DNA from: Giardia intestinalis
Lineage: Eukaryota
NCBI GenBank assembly: GCA_000002435.2
Contig: CM018793.1
DNA length: 64,000 nucleotides
Direction: 5' to 3' (one strand)
The position numbers and the translations under genes are program-made. Shown one piece after another: positions 49,158-57,773 of this stretch. The notes below the pieces were generated by a model. The model did not search any database and had not been told where the DNA came from. It saw nothing but the letters and a program-made list of their open reading frames with translations. Every line of letters starts with the position of its first letter. The first letter of the stretch is position 1.

Positions 49158-51731
49158 ATGTCCGAGGCTATGGTTTTCAGCAAGATCGACGAGTACACGC
49201 TCTTTATGAGCCGGTCTCTCCAGAAATCGCTCAAAACATTTGCTGAGCAGGTCATGGCCCTAATTTATCAGTATAAAGATACGCTTGTCGAGGATAGGCT
49301 TGCTCTCACCAACACCCTCGACGAGGCGGTTCAGATTCTTGTCGACAGTGGCAAGGAGGAGGCGGATAAGCTTGGATTTAATATATACTCTGCGGTGAGT
49401 AGGTATATCAGCGAGATCTGGGCCTCTCAGTCTGGTCAGACAACGGCGGCCCCGCCAGCGACGGATATCGACGGGCTCCACAGGCAGCTTGTTGCTCTCA
49501 AGAATAGCCTTGGCCAAAATGCTGAGCTCTATGAGCAGAGGTGCCAACTTCAGGCGGAGTTGCGCGAACTTCAGGAATTTTCGGAGAACCCCGCGGCAGC
49601 AGTCGAGGAAATTATGCAGCTGAAGGCCCAGATAGATGAGCTCAAGTACGGGGCCTCGAACCACAACGCCCTTGTCCAGGAGAAGAGGGATCTTGAGCGC
49701 CATCTTGCAGACCTGCGCCTCAGTAGACAAGACACTAACTCACGCCTCCCCCAGGAGATCGACAGACTTCGCGCTGAGATCGAGGACGAGAAGCGCAATC
49801 TGCCGCATATGGACGATCTGCAAAGGCAGCGCGACGAGCTCCAGAGGCAGCTAGACACAATCAGGCGCCGGGGCAACACGTCGGGTGTCATGGCCGAGAT
49901 TGAGAACATACAGAGGCAGATAGACGATGCCAACTCCTCTGCGTCGAGCGAGCATGAGCTTCGAATGCTCCGTGCCGAAGTTGAGACTCTCCGTGCCCAG
50001 AAGTCCATCGTCACCCGTCTTGAGGCGGAGAATGCGGATCTGCGCCGAGAGCTACAGGACATTCGTGGCCGTGCTCAGGAAATGAGCGCTAGCCAGCGCT
50101 ACAGCGCCAATCAGGCGCAGGAGCTGCAGGAGAAGGCGATGCAGGCAGAGGAGCTTCTGCAGCAGAAGATTGAGCTTAGGCGCCAGCTTCATGAGGCTCT
50201 AGAGCGAGCAGATGCAGGTGAGGCTGCTCTTCGTGACAAGAGGCGACTTGAAGATGAGATAAAGGGCCTTCAGTTGCGTCTTACCGAAAACGACTTTACG
50301 AAGGAGCGCTCTATCCTCCGGAACGAGATCCAGGCTAAGACTACCGAGATAGACACACTTATCAGTGACCGTCGCGCTCTGGAGACCAAGCTCCTCAATA
50401 AAGAGGCAGAAGTGGATCAGCTTCTTTATGAAAAGCAACTTCTCAAGACAGAGCTGAACTCCTATCGCGGAACAAACGAGGATATAGACAAGCTTACCTT
50501 TGAGAAACGCCAGCTTGTTGAGGAGCTAAACGACCTGCGTGAGAAGACTATCAAATACGACCAATTGGCTCGTGAGAAGGCGGCGCTCGAGACTGAACTC
50601 AAGGAAAACTCGTACAACTTTGACCAGTTGCTTGAACAAAAGCAACAGATGCGTAGCGATCTCAATGCCCTTCGCGAAAAGGCAGCCGACTACGAGCGCG
50701 TCGATCGCGAGCTTCGCCTCAAGGACAAGGAGCTCGAGGAGAAGAATGCTGAGATCGAGAGGCTTCTTGAGGACCGCCGCGTCATGCGTACCGAGCTCCT
50801 CCACTCTAAGGAGTCTGCGACCGATGTTGACAGTTTGATACAAGAGAAGAGGCTGCGTGACCGAGAGCTTGCCCACCTTCGTGACCGCATGAGCGAGTAT
50901 GAGCGTGTGGTAGAAGAGAGGATCCAAAAGGAGAAAGAAAATAACCTTCTTAAGCAGCGTATCACGGAATTGGAGCAGCAGCAGCGCACCGCGACAGTCC
51001 GCGAGACCGAGATGAGTGCCCTCCGTGAGAAGGCTAACGAGTTAGATGGCTACAACCGTGAGCGCCAGGCAAGAGAGCATGAGATCAACATGTTGCGTGA
51101 CAAGGCCTTGGAGTCCGACAAGCTTCGCCAGGATAACAGGGTGATGGCGATGGAATTGACAGAGCTTCGCGAGAAGGTGCAACTTCTCGAGAAACTCCAA
51201 TACGAGAAGAGAGCACGAGACGTAGAGATGCTCGAGTTGCGCCACAAAGCCATGGACGTTGACACTCTTGTTGAGGAGAAGCAACGCCTTGAAATGCGTC
51301 TTGCAGAGCTCAAGATCAAGGTCAATAATTATGATCAGCTGGCAGACGACAAGGCTCGTCTGCAGGAGCAACTGAAAGAAATGTCAGACAAGCTGATAGA
51401 GTTCGAGATGATCATGGATGACAACCGAAGGCTTAAGCTTCAGGTTAAGGAGCTCGACCTTAAGACTGCAAACATGGAGAAGCTTTATGAGGAGTACAAG
51501 AAGCTCGAAGACCAGCTGAAGGCAACGAAGGCGATGACCTCTACAGGCATGGGTGTGTCGGCTGCCTCTCCGGCATTTTACAAGACGAAGAGTATGCGCC
51601 TTACACAACAAAACAACCAGATGAAAAACACAACAGACAACCTCCTAACGCGCGACATTCCCAAGTTGATCGACAAGCTTATTGAGCGCCCTGCGGGGAC
51701 TACAACCATGGGCCGAAGTGGTAAGTTCTGA
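49158..51731 (+). CDS. Coiled-coil protein (857 aa) with ~20-24-residue periodic repeats and strongly GC3-biased codons
   Basis: ATG start. The sequence is almost entirely heptad E/L/R/K/Q. Recurring units are L(N/A)xLREKxxxY(D/E)(Q/R)(L/V), e.g. LNDLREKTIKYDQL, LNALREKAADYERV, LAHLRDRMSEYERV, LTELREKVQLLEKL. Codons are dominated by gag, ctc, cgc and aag, unlike the neighbouring genes. Confidence 0.8.
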   Translation: MSEAMVFSKIDEYTLFMSRSLQKSLKTFAEQVMALIYQYKDTLVEDRLALTNTLDEAVQILVDSGKEEADKLGFNIYSAVSRYISEIWASQSGQTTAAPPATDIDGLHRQLVALKNSLGQNAELYEQRCQLQAELRELQEFSENPAAAVEEIMQLKAQIDELKYGASNHNALVQEKRDLERHLADLRLSRQDTNSRLPQEIDRLRAEIEDEKRNLPHMDDLQRQRDELQRQLDTIRRRGNTSGVMAEIENIQRQIDDANSSASSEHELRMLRAEVETLRAQKSIVTRLEAENADLRRELQDIRGRAQEMSASQRYSANQAQELQEKAMQAEELLQQKIELRRQLHEALERADAGEAALRDKRRLEDEIKGLQLRLTENDFTKERSILRNEIQAKTTEIDTLISDRRALETKLLNKEAEVDQLLYEKQLLKTELNSYRGTNEDIDKLTFEKRQLVEELNDLREKTIKYDQLAREKAALETELKENSYNFDQLLEQKQQMRSDLNALREKAADYERVDRELRLKDKELEEKNAEIERLLEDRRVMRTELLHSKESATDVDSLIQEKRLRDRELAHLRDRMSEYERVVEERIQKEKENNLLKQRITELEQQQRTATVRETEMSALREKANELDGYNRERQAREHEINMLRDKALESDKLRQDNRVMAMELTELREKVQLLEKLQYEKRARDVEMLELRHKAMDVDTLVEEKQRLEMRLAELKIKVNNYDQLADDKARLQEQLKEMSDKLIEFEMIMDDNRRLKLQVKELDLKTANMEKLYEEYKKLEDQLKATKAMTSTGMGVSAASPAFYKTKSMRLTQQNNQMKNTTDNLLTRDIPKLIDKLIERPAGTTTMGRSGKF

Positions 51732-51753
51732 GCCTCTGTGAATTTACACCTGG

Positions 51754-54720
51754 TCATAAGTAGCCTGTGTTAGAAAAGTTAGCAATTTTGTCGTACATGT
51801 ATGGTTTGCAAAAGTTCATCTTTATATGTGGTCGTGACTTCTGTGATATGAGATCGCAGTAGGAGACGATGGCCGGACGTATCCTGTAAACATGCTTAGA
51901 TCGTGCTATGGAATCCAATCTTTTCATTAGCTTTTCGTCGATAGATTGCTGGAGTTGCTGCTTGCGTAAGATATCGCCTGCGTTGAAGGCCAGTGAGAGG
52001 TCTAGAATAGCTGTAGTGGTTTCTGTGATAATGTCTAATGGTTCTTTCGCTCTGGAACCTAGTAGATGAAATGAATCAATCTCTACGCCACTTGTTGCAG
52101 TCGAGGGTTGCTTTCCTTGCGTGCTGTTGCTCTCATAAGATAGGTATTTGCTGGAACGGGGATTAAGGGACAATGGCTCTAAGACGGACTGTCCATTCTT
52201 GTAAAAGCGTATTGTCTCGGTTGCCATATCCACTATGGCGCCTACCACATCGTTGGATCCCAAGAATAGTCCACTGAATCTCCTTTGACCACGCTCAAAG
52301 ATAAATCCATCTGTAGTTATAAAAGCTCCATTGATAGCCGGAGAGTCGCATCCGTGGAATAGCTGCTCTTCATACATTACCCCCAATGCTAGATTTGTAG
52401 CACTGGGGAGGTTCTTGAGGATAAACTCGAAGTACACCTTAGCGAATTTGGAAGATGATAAGATGTACTTATTACATTTGATCGTGACATAGTGCCTAGG
52501 AGTCTTTAGTTCAATATGGAGCCCGCTCACATCAAGATCATAGAGGTCCATATGCTTAAGCATGCAGACGGTTCCATCCAGGATCTGATATTGTTTCACT
52601 AGCTTCCGGCTCTCAAGCACCTCTGTGAGAAGATCTTGGAACGGTTCCGTCCCTGAGGTAAGAGCCATTTTGATTGCATCCTCACTCCACTGTTTGTACA
52701 TTTCACGCATGGCAGCTCTTCTACTACGCATCTCCTCTATAAGGTATTCAAACGGCACTATCTCTACTCGTGTACGTTTAGGGCATTGCTTGGTCCCACA
52801 GGGGTCTCGAGGATGATCACAGGGATGCTCCTGGGCCTCCTCTGATGGGTGGGAGAAAGGATTGGGGGCACTATATATTGTAGCGCTTGTCTCTGATAGC
52901 TCATTATTGGGATTGTTGGTAGTATTAAGCTGATGGAACGAGGAGAACTCCTGGACAGATGGAATGACGACATGCTCCAGGTCCTTTAGGGTTTCGTCAT
53001 CAATGTGAACAGAACTACTATCAATTAATGGAAATAGTTGCTCCTTTAACTCCTGATTTTCCCCTGTTAATAGATTGATCTGTAACGTGACTCCTTGCTT
53101 GTCTTGCAACACGAGATTGTACTTATCTCCATCTAATCCTGACTGTCCTGTGCTCTCCTCATCTCCTGTGAAGGGCGCACGGGATTGTCTTATGGCCGCA
53201 GAAAAGCCTAGGTTAATAAGCTCTTTATTTGCACAGTCCTTCATAAGAATGCACCCGTACGCCCTGATATGCATGAAAAGAAGACCCAAGTCCTTTGTAG
53301 AGACGCGTCGAAGAATCTCTCGATAGATATCTTCTGATACAAGCTTGCAACTGGTCAGTGCTGGTGATGTATATATCTCTGGTGAGACAATATGGCGTGC
53401 AATTAGGACCGTGACAGCATCTATGAATGTGTCCGACTCCAGAGAAATGGCCATTATGAGCAGTTGCGGTAGCTGAGCTATAGGCTTAAAGATCATTTCC
53501 TCTAGCATCTTTAGATCTGCCAGTCTGCGACTCGTTCCCGCTGTCTCCTGAGTTAGCGCAAAGAACGCCTGAAGGTGGTCCCTGTACTCTGTTTCGAGCG
53601 CATCATAGTACTGCAAAGCATCCACTTGGTGATCCACATACACACTATCAATCTGCTTGGCTCCATTTTTCAGCAGCCCCTCATATTTCAACTGCACCTC
53701 CTTCACTGCTTCTATGAAGCTCGCGGTCACCTCATCACAGAGTCGCTTCTCTGCGTATGCCTTCCAGCTTTTGAGACAGTTAAGCCTTTCCTCCCTACGT
53801 ATGTCGATCAGCATATTGAATTCGTTGGTTATTTCAGTTGCATATGTTTCAGCCAGAGAAATGGCAGATGATATCAGTCGCTGCTCACTTATAACAGTGG
53901 GGTGGCGGCAAAAGAGAAGAAAGCGTGCAAAGCCATCGGGATATAAGTGAGGATGAGATCTGTGTGTTTCGCAGGAGGCCATATGGGGGAAGCTTCTGTC
54001 CACTAGCTCTATGGCAGCATCCTCTTCAATAGTCGCAAAGCAGCCCTGAGACTCTCCATAGATGGCGGGGGGAAGGTCACGTGTCTTTTGTGCGTAAAGC
54101 CGTGACATGAGATTGGACTGCCTGGTAAGAGCGCATCTTCGAGTAACAAAGGAAATAAACTTCTGGCCTTTCAAGTTTGTGTAGAGTAGGGAGTCTGAGA
54201 TATGAGATAGAACAGGGGAGCTTGCCTTTAGTTCCTCTGGTGGCACATGCAGAGGAAACTGAACAATTAGCTTCTCTTTTCCGTAGTTTGAGGTTTCTCG
54301 TTGGAAGATCAGTTTCTCCTGAGTGTCTGTCTGGGGAGGAAAGGCCAGCAAGGACCGATCCTTGAGAAGTATGCTCTCCGGATCCTTAAGTATGGCATCT
54401 CTCTCCTCTTGTAGTGTAAGCTCTCTGGAGATAAGGGAAACTAAGGGTGCATATAAAGGAGAATTAATGAGTGTATCTAGGCGCAGAAGAAGCGCTTTAC
54501 TGTACAAGTTGTACCTCTCTGGTTTGGGAAATTTGCCGGGCGCCTTTTCTCTCGCTTTTGCATAAAGATAACAGAGTGCATCATTGATCCCATCCTCTGT
54601 CGTACTTTCATAGTTATTGGCCCAGTACGCCGAGAGGAGGAGCTTGTCTTCCGAAAACGAAAACTCAGTAATGGCAAGGGGCATCGGCCACTCCACGACA
54701 GGGGACGCGGGATAGCCCAT
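51754..54720 (-). CDS. Large protein (988 aa) with a C-terminal SPRY (B30.2-like) domain
   Basis: ATG start (MGYPASPVVEWPMPLAITEF...). The C-terminal ~130 aa reads KVYFEFILKNLPSATNLALGVMYEE...AINGAFITTDGFIFERGQRRFSGLFLGSNDVVGAIVDMATETIRFYKNGQSV. This matches the SPRY consensus (YFEV.I......IG......; GDVIGC..D...GTLSF.KNG). Confidence 0.6.
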   Translation of the reverse strand: MGYPASPVVEWPMPLAITEFSFSEDKLLLSAYWANNYESTTEDGINDALCYLYAKAREKAPGKFPKPERYNLYSKALLLRLDTLINSPLYAPLVSLISRELTLQEERDAILKDPESILLKDRSLLAFPPQTDTQEKLIFQRETSNYGKEKLIVQFPLHVPPEELKASSPVLSHISDSLLYTNLKGQKFISFVTRRCALTRQSNLMSRLYAQKTRDLPPAIYGESQGCFATIEEDAAIELVDRSFPHMASCETHRSHPHLYPDGFARFLLFCRHPTVISEQRLISSAISLAETYATEITNEFNMLIDIRREERLNCLKSWKAYAEKRLCDEVTASFIEAVKEVQLKYEGLLKNGAKQIDSVYVDHQVDALQYYDALETEYRDHLQAFFALTQETAGTSRRLADLKMLEEMIFKPIAQLPQLLIMAISLESDTFIDAVTVLIARHIVSPEIYTSPALTSCKLVSEDIYREILRRVSTKDLGLLFMHIRAYGCILMKDCANKELINLGFSAAIRQSRAPFTGDEESTGQSGLDGDKYNLVLQDKQGVTLQINLLTGENQELKEQLFPLIDSSSVHIDDETLKDLEHVVIPSVQEFSSFHQLNTTNNPNNELSETSATIYSAPNPFSHPSEEAQEHPCDHPRDPCGTKQCPKRTRVEIVPFEYLIEEMRSRRAAMREMYKQWSEDAIKMALTSGTEPFQDLLTEVLESRKLVKQYQILDGTVCMLKHMDLYDLDVSGLHIELKTPRHYVTIKCNKYILSSSKFAKVYFEFILKNLPSATNLALGVMYEEQLFHGCDSPAINGAFITTDGFIFERGQRRFSGLFLGSNDVVGAIVDMATETIRFYKNGQSVLEPLSLNPRSSKYLSYESNSTQGKQPSTATSGVEIDSFHLLGSRAKEPLDIITETTTAILDLSLAFNAGDILRKQQLQQSIDEKLMKRLDSIARSKHVYRIRPAIVSYCDLISQKSRPHIKMNFCKPYMYDKIANFSNTGYL

Positions 54721-54883
54721 TATTTTAACAAGTGCTCGTCACACGTGGGCGCTCTAGATTTACAATAATCACACAGAAAATCTAATGGTCTTCTTGTCAA
54801 GCCTTTACTAAGGTTTATGGCAGTGTATAGACAGAAAAATAATACAACGCAAGTGAAGGCCCGAGCTGCTGCCTACGCTGCCT

Positions 54884-55492
54884 ATGGCCTCATGGAAGCA
54901 CAACCAAATAGGCTCGTCCGATTTTATCTTTGCCGAGATTGACTGTATGGGGGTCTCCATCATTGTCACCGAGCTGCCCACCGTGTCTTCGCTTCCGCTC
55001 CATTTGCAAGTTTATGATTTTCTCAACGTCACAGCCTTAGTCACATTTGGCCCAGCTAGCTACAGCATGGCACCTATCAGGAATCGTGGCTTGAGCGTCA
55101 CGATGTTTGACTATTCATCTTCAACAGCGCTCACACACAACGCCCTGGCTGAGTGGCAAAGCTTTATGCAGAGGAAAATTCTGGATGCACACTCCTCTCC
55201 CAGACGTGAGCTGATTTGCATATTGGACGATACAGCCGGTGTCAAGACGATCATTCTCTTCTCTCTACTAATGTATCACTGGGGGTGCTCTTTGGAACAT
55301 GCGCTGCAACGTGGCCGAGAGTACTTGCCTCGAGTTGTCCTCACGTCTGAAGAGGAGATCTTTCTGTGCAAGCAAATCTTAGCTACCAAGCAAATATCAC
55401 GTACCAAACGGTTCCTTTTCCTCTTTCGACGGTATGTGCTGCAACTGAGGCTTTGTAAGCGGCGTAAAGAGTATAGTGCTACTCTTCTTTAG
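54884..55492 (+). CDS. Dual-specificity-phosphatase-like protein, probably catalytically divergent or inactive (202 aa)
   Basis: ATG start. LICILDDTAGVKTIILFSLLMYHWGCSLEHALQRGREYLPRVVLTSEEEIFLCKQIL aligns with the DUSP core VHCxAGVSRSATxVIAYLMxxxxxSLxxAxxxVKxxRP. The canonical CX5R arginine appears replaced or shifted (CILDDTAGVKT). Confidence 0.35.
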   Translation: MASWKHNQIGSSDFIFAEIDCMGVSIIVTELPTVSSLPLHLQVYDFLNVTALVTFGPASYSMAPIRNRGLSVTMFDYSSSTALTHNALAEWQSFMQRKILDAHSSPRRELICILDDTAGVKTIILFSLLMYHWGCSLEHALQRGREYLPRVVLTSEEEIFLCKQILATKQISRTKRFLFLFRRYVLQLRLCKRRKEYSATLL

Positions 55493-55506
55493 ATCAAGAA
55501 AAAACA

Positions 55507-55827
55507 ATGGCCGTGGCCTCTCCTCTTTTAGAGCAGTTCCTGATGGTCAACTCTGGTAATTTTCAATACAACATCGTTGACAAAGGTGTAGACGGTGATA
55601 TGCTCTTTTACAAAGTTGCATTTTTCCTCATGGACCCCAAGGAGCCCATCCCAGAGGCAATCATTTTTACCTTTTATGAAGGCTCTAGCAATGGAGAAAG
55701 CAACCTTCTGTTTGTTCCCGAAAATTATCACTACAAATGTGACACGCGGTGCATCGCCGAAGGGAAGTTTTCTGCCCTTTTGATGTCACGCTTCAACCAG
55801 AAGTTGCGGGCCAAAGGCCTTACTTAG
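55507..55827 (+). CDS. Small hypothetical protein (106 aa)
   Basis: ATG start 14 nt after the previous stop (…taga tcaagaaaaaacaATGgcc). No recognisable motif. Confidence 0.4.
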   Translation: MAVASPLLEQFLMVNSGNFQYNIVDKGVDGDMLFYKVAFFLMDPKEPIPEAIIFTFYEGSSNGESNLLFVPENYHYKCDTRCIAEGKFSALLMSRFNQKLRAKGLT

Positions 55828-55872
55828 CGGTGTTACAATCTAGTGCGTAAATTTTTCTGTACATGTCAAGGT

Positions 55873-57324
55873 TCACTTGAATGCCTCCATGTTCCGCCTA
55901 TAGGCTTGGAGCTGACCCACCAGGTTGTCGAAAATGGTAACGTAGGACGGAGCCAGTTCTATTCCCATCAGGTTCGTTCTGTCTCTTCCATCATACTTCC
56001 CTTGGGTCATCTTGACCGCTACGTCAACCTCCAGAACCTTGGAAAGAAGGTGTAGTTTTTCGTCGTCTCCCCTCTCCATAAACTCATCTGCAGACATGCC
56101 CATGAGGGTGGATGCATAGGGGTCAAAAATCGTTATGCGCGTGTGTGCCAGCACATCAGATATGTTCCCCCCTATGCGCCAGTAATACTTTTCGCCTGCA
56201 CTGGTCTCTTGGCACTTCGGGCAGATGGGACTGTCTCGCAGAGCACACTTGCAGGATGCACACCCCCGATAGGTGGCTAACTCCAGATTACGGTCCAGTA
56301 CGAGAGACACCAAGGCACGCAAGGGCTCGCTACTTGCGAGTTCTCCAAGAGTGCTGTAGGGCATCGTCTTCCAGCCACCTGCTCCCCTGTCGTCGCGCCT
56401 AGGAGAATTGGGCTCCATGTTTGCTCCCGATAGATTAGCACACGCCTCTTTGGCCTCCTGAGACGCCCACCAGAAGCGAAAGTCCTTTAGATTGCCAAGC
56501 TCATCCGGCTTGGATGGAGCGTCAGTAACCAGAAAAATCTTAGTGTGACTTGTGCAAGAACATTGGATACCATACCTCTCGCTGCTTCTGAACTGAACTC
56601 TCGAGAAAACAACAATCTTTCCTGTGAGGTGTGTATCGACGTTGTCTTTCGTGAAGTTGTACGCACTAAGGAACGGCTCTAGTTGCTCCGACCAAATAGA
56701 GACTTTAATGTTCCCTGTCTTATCAACAACCAAAAGGTCTAACCGGGACCACTGGCGAGCCGATTCTGGCGATGAGTAAACCATAGTTGCATCCGAGATG
56801 CCGGCAAGAATGGTACACACATGAGTGTGGGGTTGCTCAGAATCACCTTGCAGCTCGGACCTAAAGCCTACTGAGTTGTGTGTTTGATTCAAAAGGCCTT
56901 TTACAACCTCCTTAGCCTCAGATATGGCCGAAACAGTAGAGAGCGCAGATTCAAGTTGTTTCTCCTTATTTGGTGGCGGGGCAGTGCTAGCTGCTGAGAG
57001 TAGAGTAATGATTGTCCCGCTCTTTATTGAGATCTTATAATCTGACCGCGACATGTCGAACTTTCTGTCTGCTGGAGTCTTTGAGGAAATCCCAATATTC
57101 TTCAACTGTATGATATCCCCCACCGAGATCTGAGGGGAAAACTTATCAGCGTCGGTGAAGCAGTCAACCTTGACGTCTGAAGAATCGTCGTCGAGCAGAA
57201 AAGAGAACCACGGCTTTCCTGTGCGCGTAGTAGCAAGCGGCTTCCTACTAACGACTCTTCCTTGAACTGTGTGCTGACCAAAGTCGACCAAGTCAGCTAT
57301 TCGGGTGATAATTGGTTCCATCAT
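55873..57324 (-). CDS. Replication protein A large-subunit-like (RPA70-type) OB-fold protein lacking the N-terminal 70N domain
   Basis: The track start at 57333 is TTG; the ATG at 57324 gives MMEPIITRIADLVDFGQHTVQGRVVSRKPLATTRTGKPWFSFLLDDDSSDVKVDCFTD...VGDIIQLKNI, an OB-fold pattern like RPA DBD-A. A second OB-like block follows. There is a 4-Cys zinc ribbon (CASCKCALRDSPICPKCQ) in the C-terminal third, as in RPA70 DBD-C. Confidence 0.5.
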   Translation of the reverse strand: MMEPIITRIADLVDFGQHTVQGRVVSRKPLATTRTGKPWFSFLLDDDSSDVKVDCFTDADKFSPQISVGDIIQLKNIGISSKTPADRKFDMSRSDYKISIKSGTIITLLSAASTAPPPNKEKQLESALSTVSAISEAKEVVKGLLNQTHNSVGFRSELQGDSEQPHTHVCTILAGISDATMVYSSPESARQWSRLDLLVVDKTGNIKVSIWSEQLEPFLSAYNFTKDNVDTHLTGKIVVFSRVQFRSSERYGIQCSCTSHTKIFLVTDAPSKPDELGNLKDFRFWWASQEAKEACANLSGANMEPNSPRRDDRGAGGWKTMPYSTLGELASSEPLRALVSLVLDRNLELATYRGCASCKCALRDSPICPKCQETSAGEKYYWRIGGNISDVLAHTRITIFDPYASTLMGMSADEFMERGDDEKLHLLSKVLEVDVAVKMTQGKYDGRDRTNLMGIELAPSYVTIFDNLVGQLQAYRRNMEAFK

Positions 57325-57773
57325 TTTTTGCAATCCTCATAACAGGATGTGAGAGGAGGGGCGATGACTGTGTTGATCCAACCACGTACACTATTGGTCA
57401 ACGCTTCCCAGTGTCACCAGATCAACCGCCTGACAAAATTACAGCTGTATACCTTAATTCCCTTTTGAGAAAGAAAACATTAGGAAGTTAGCAACAACGA
57501 TTGCTCCCACAGAAAACCGCATCAGAGGTGCACGTGCGCTCAAAAAGGCCAAAAAAACAGAATCTTTCGGGCCTCTTTTGGGCCAATCGTTTTTACTGAC
57601 ATGAACAACTGTTAAACGTTGGTGAATAACTAGAAGGCCGCTAAAGATGCGACGATTCACTGGCACGCCACAGCTATAATTTTCTCTCACTATAGGTAAA
57701 AAGATATTGTAAAGCATTACATTAAACCCATCTCTGCGTTAAAAATTAATTATTGGCAGTACTCGGAGGCACC

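Noticed and set aside
57454-57717. 87-aa minus-strand ORF in the RPA/HCMP divergent spacer, and similar 60-150 aa ORFs scattered through every large gene on the opposite strand
   Set aside because: They are short, lack start context or signal features, and lie in promoter regions or antisense to long genes with clear coding signal. They are treated as random ORFs.
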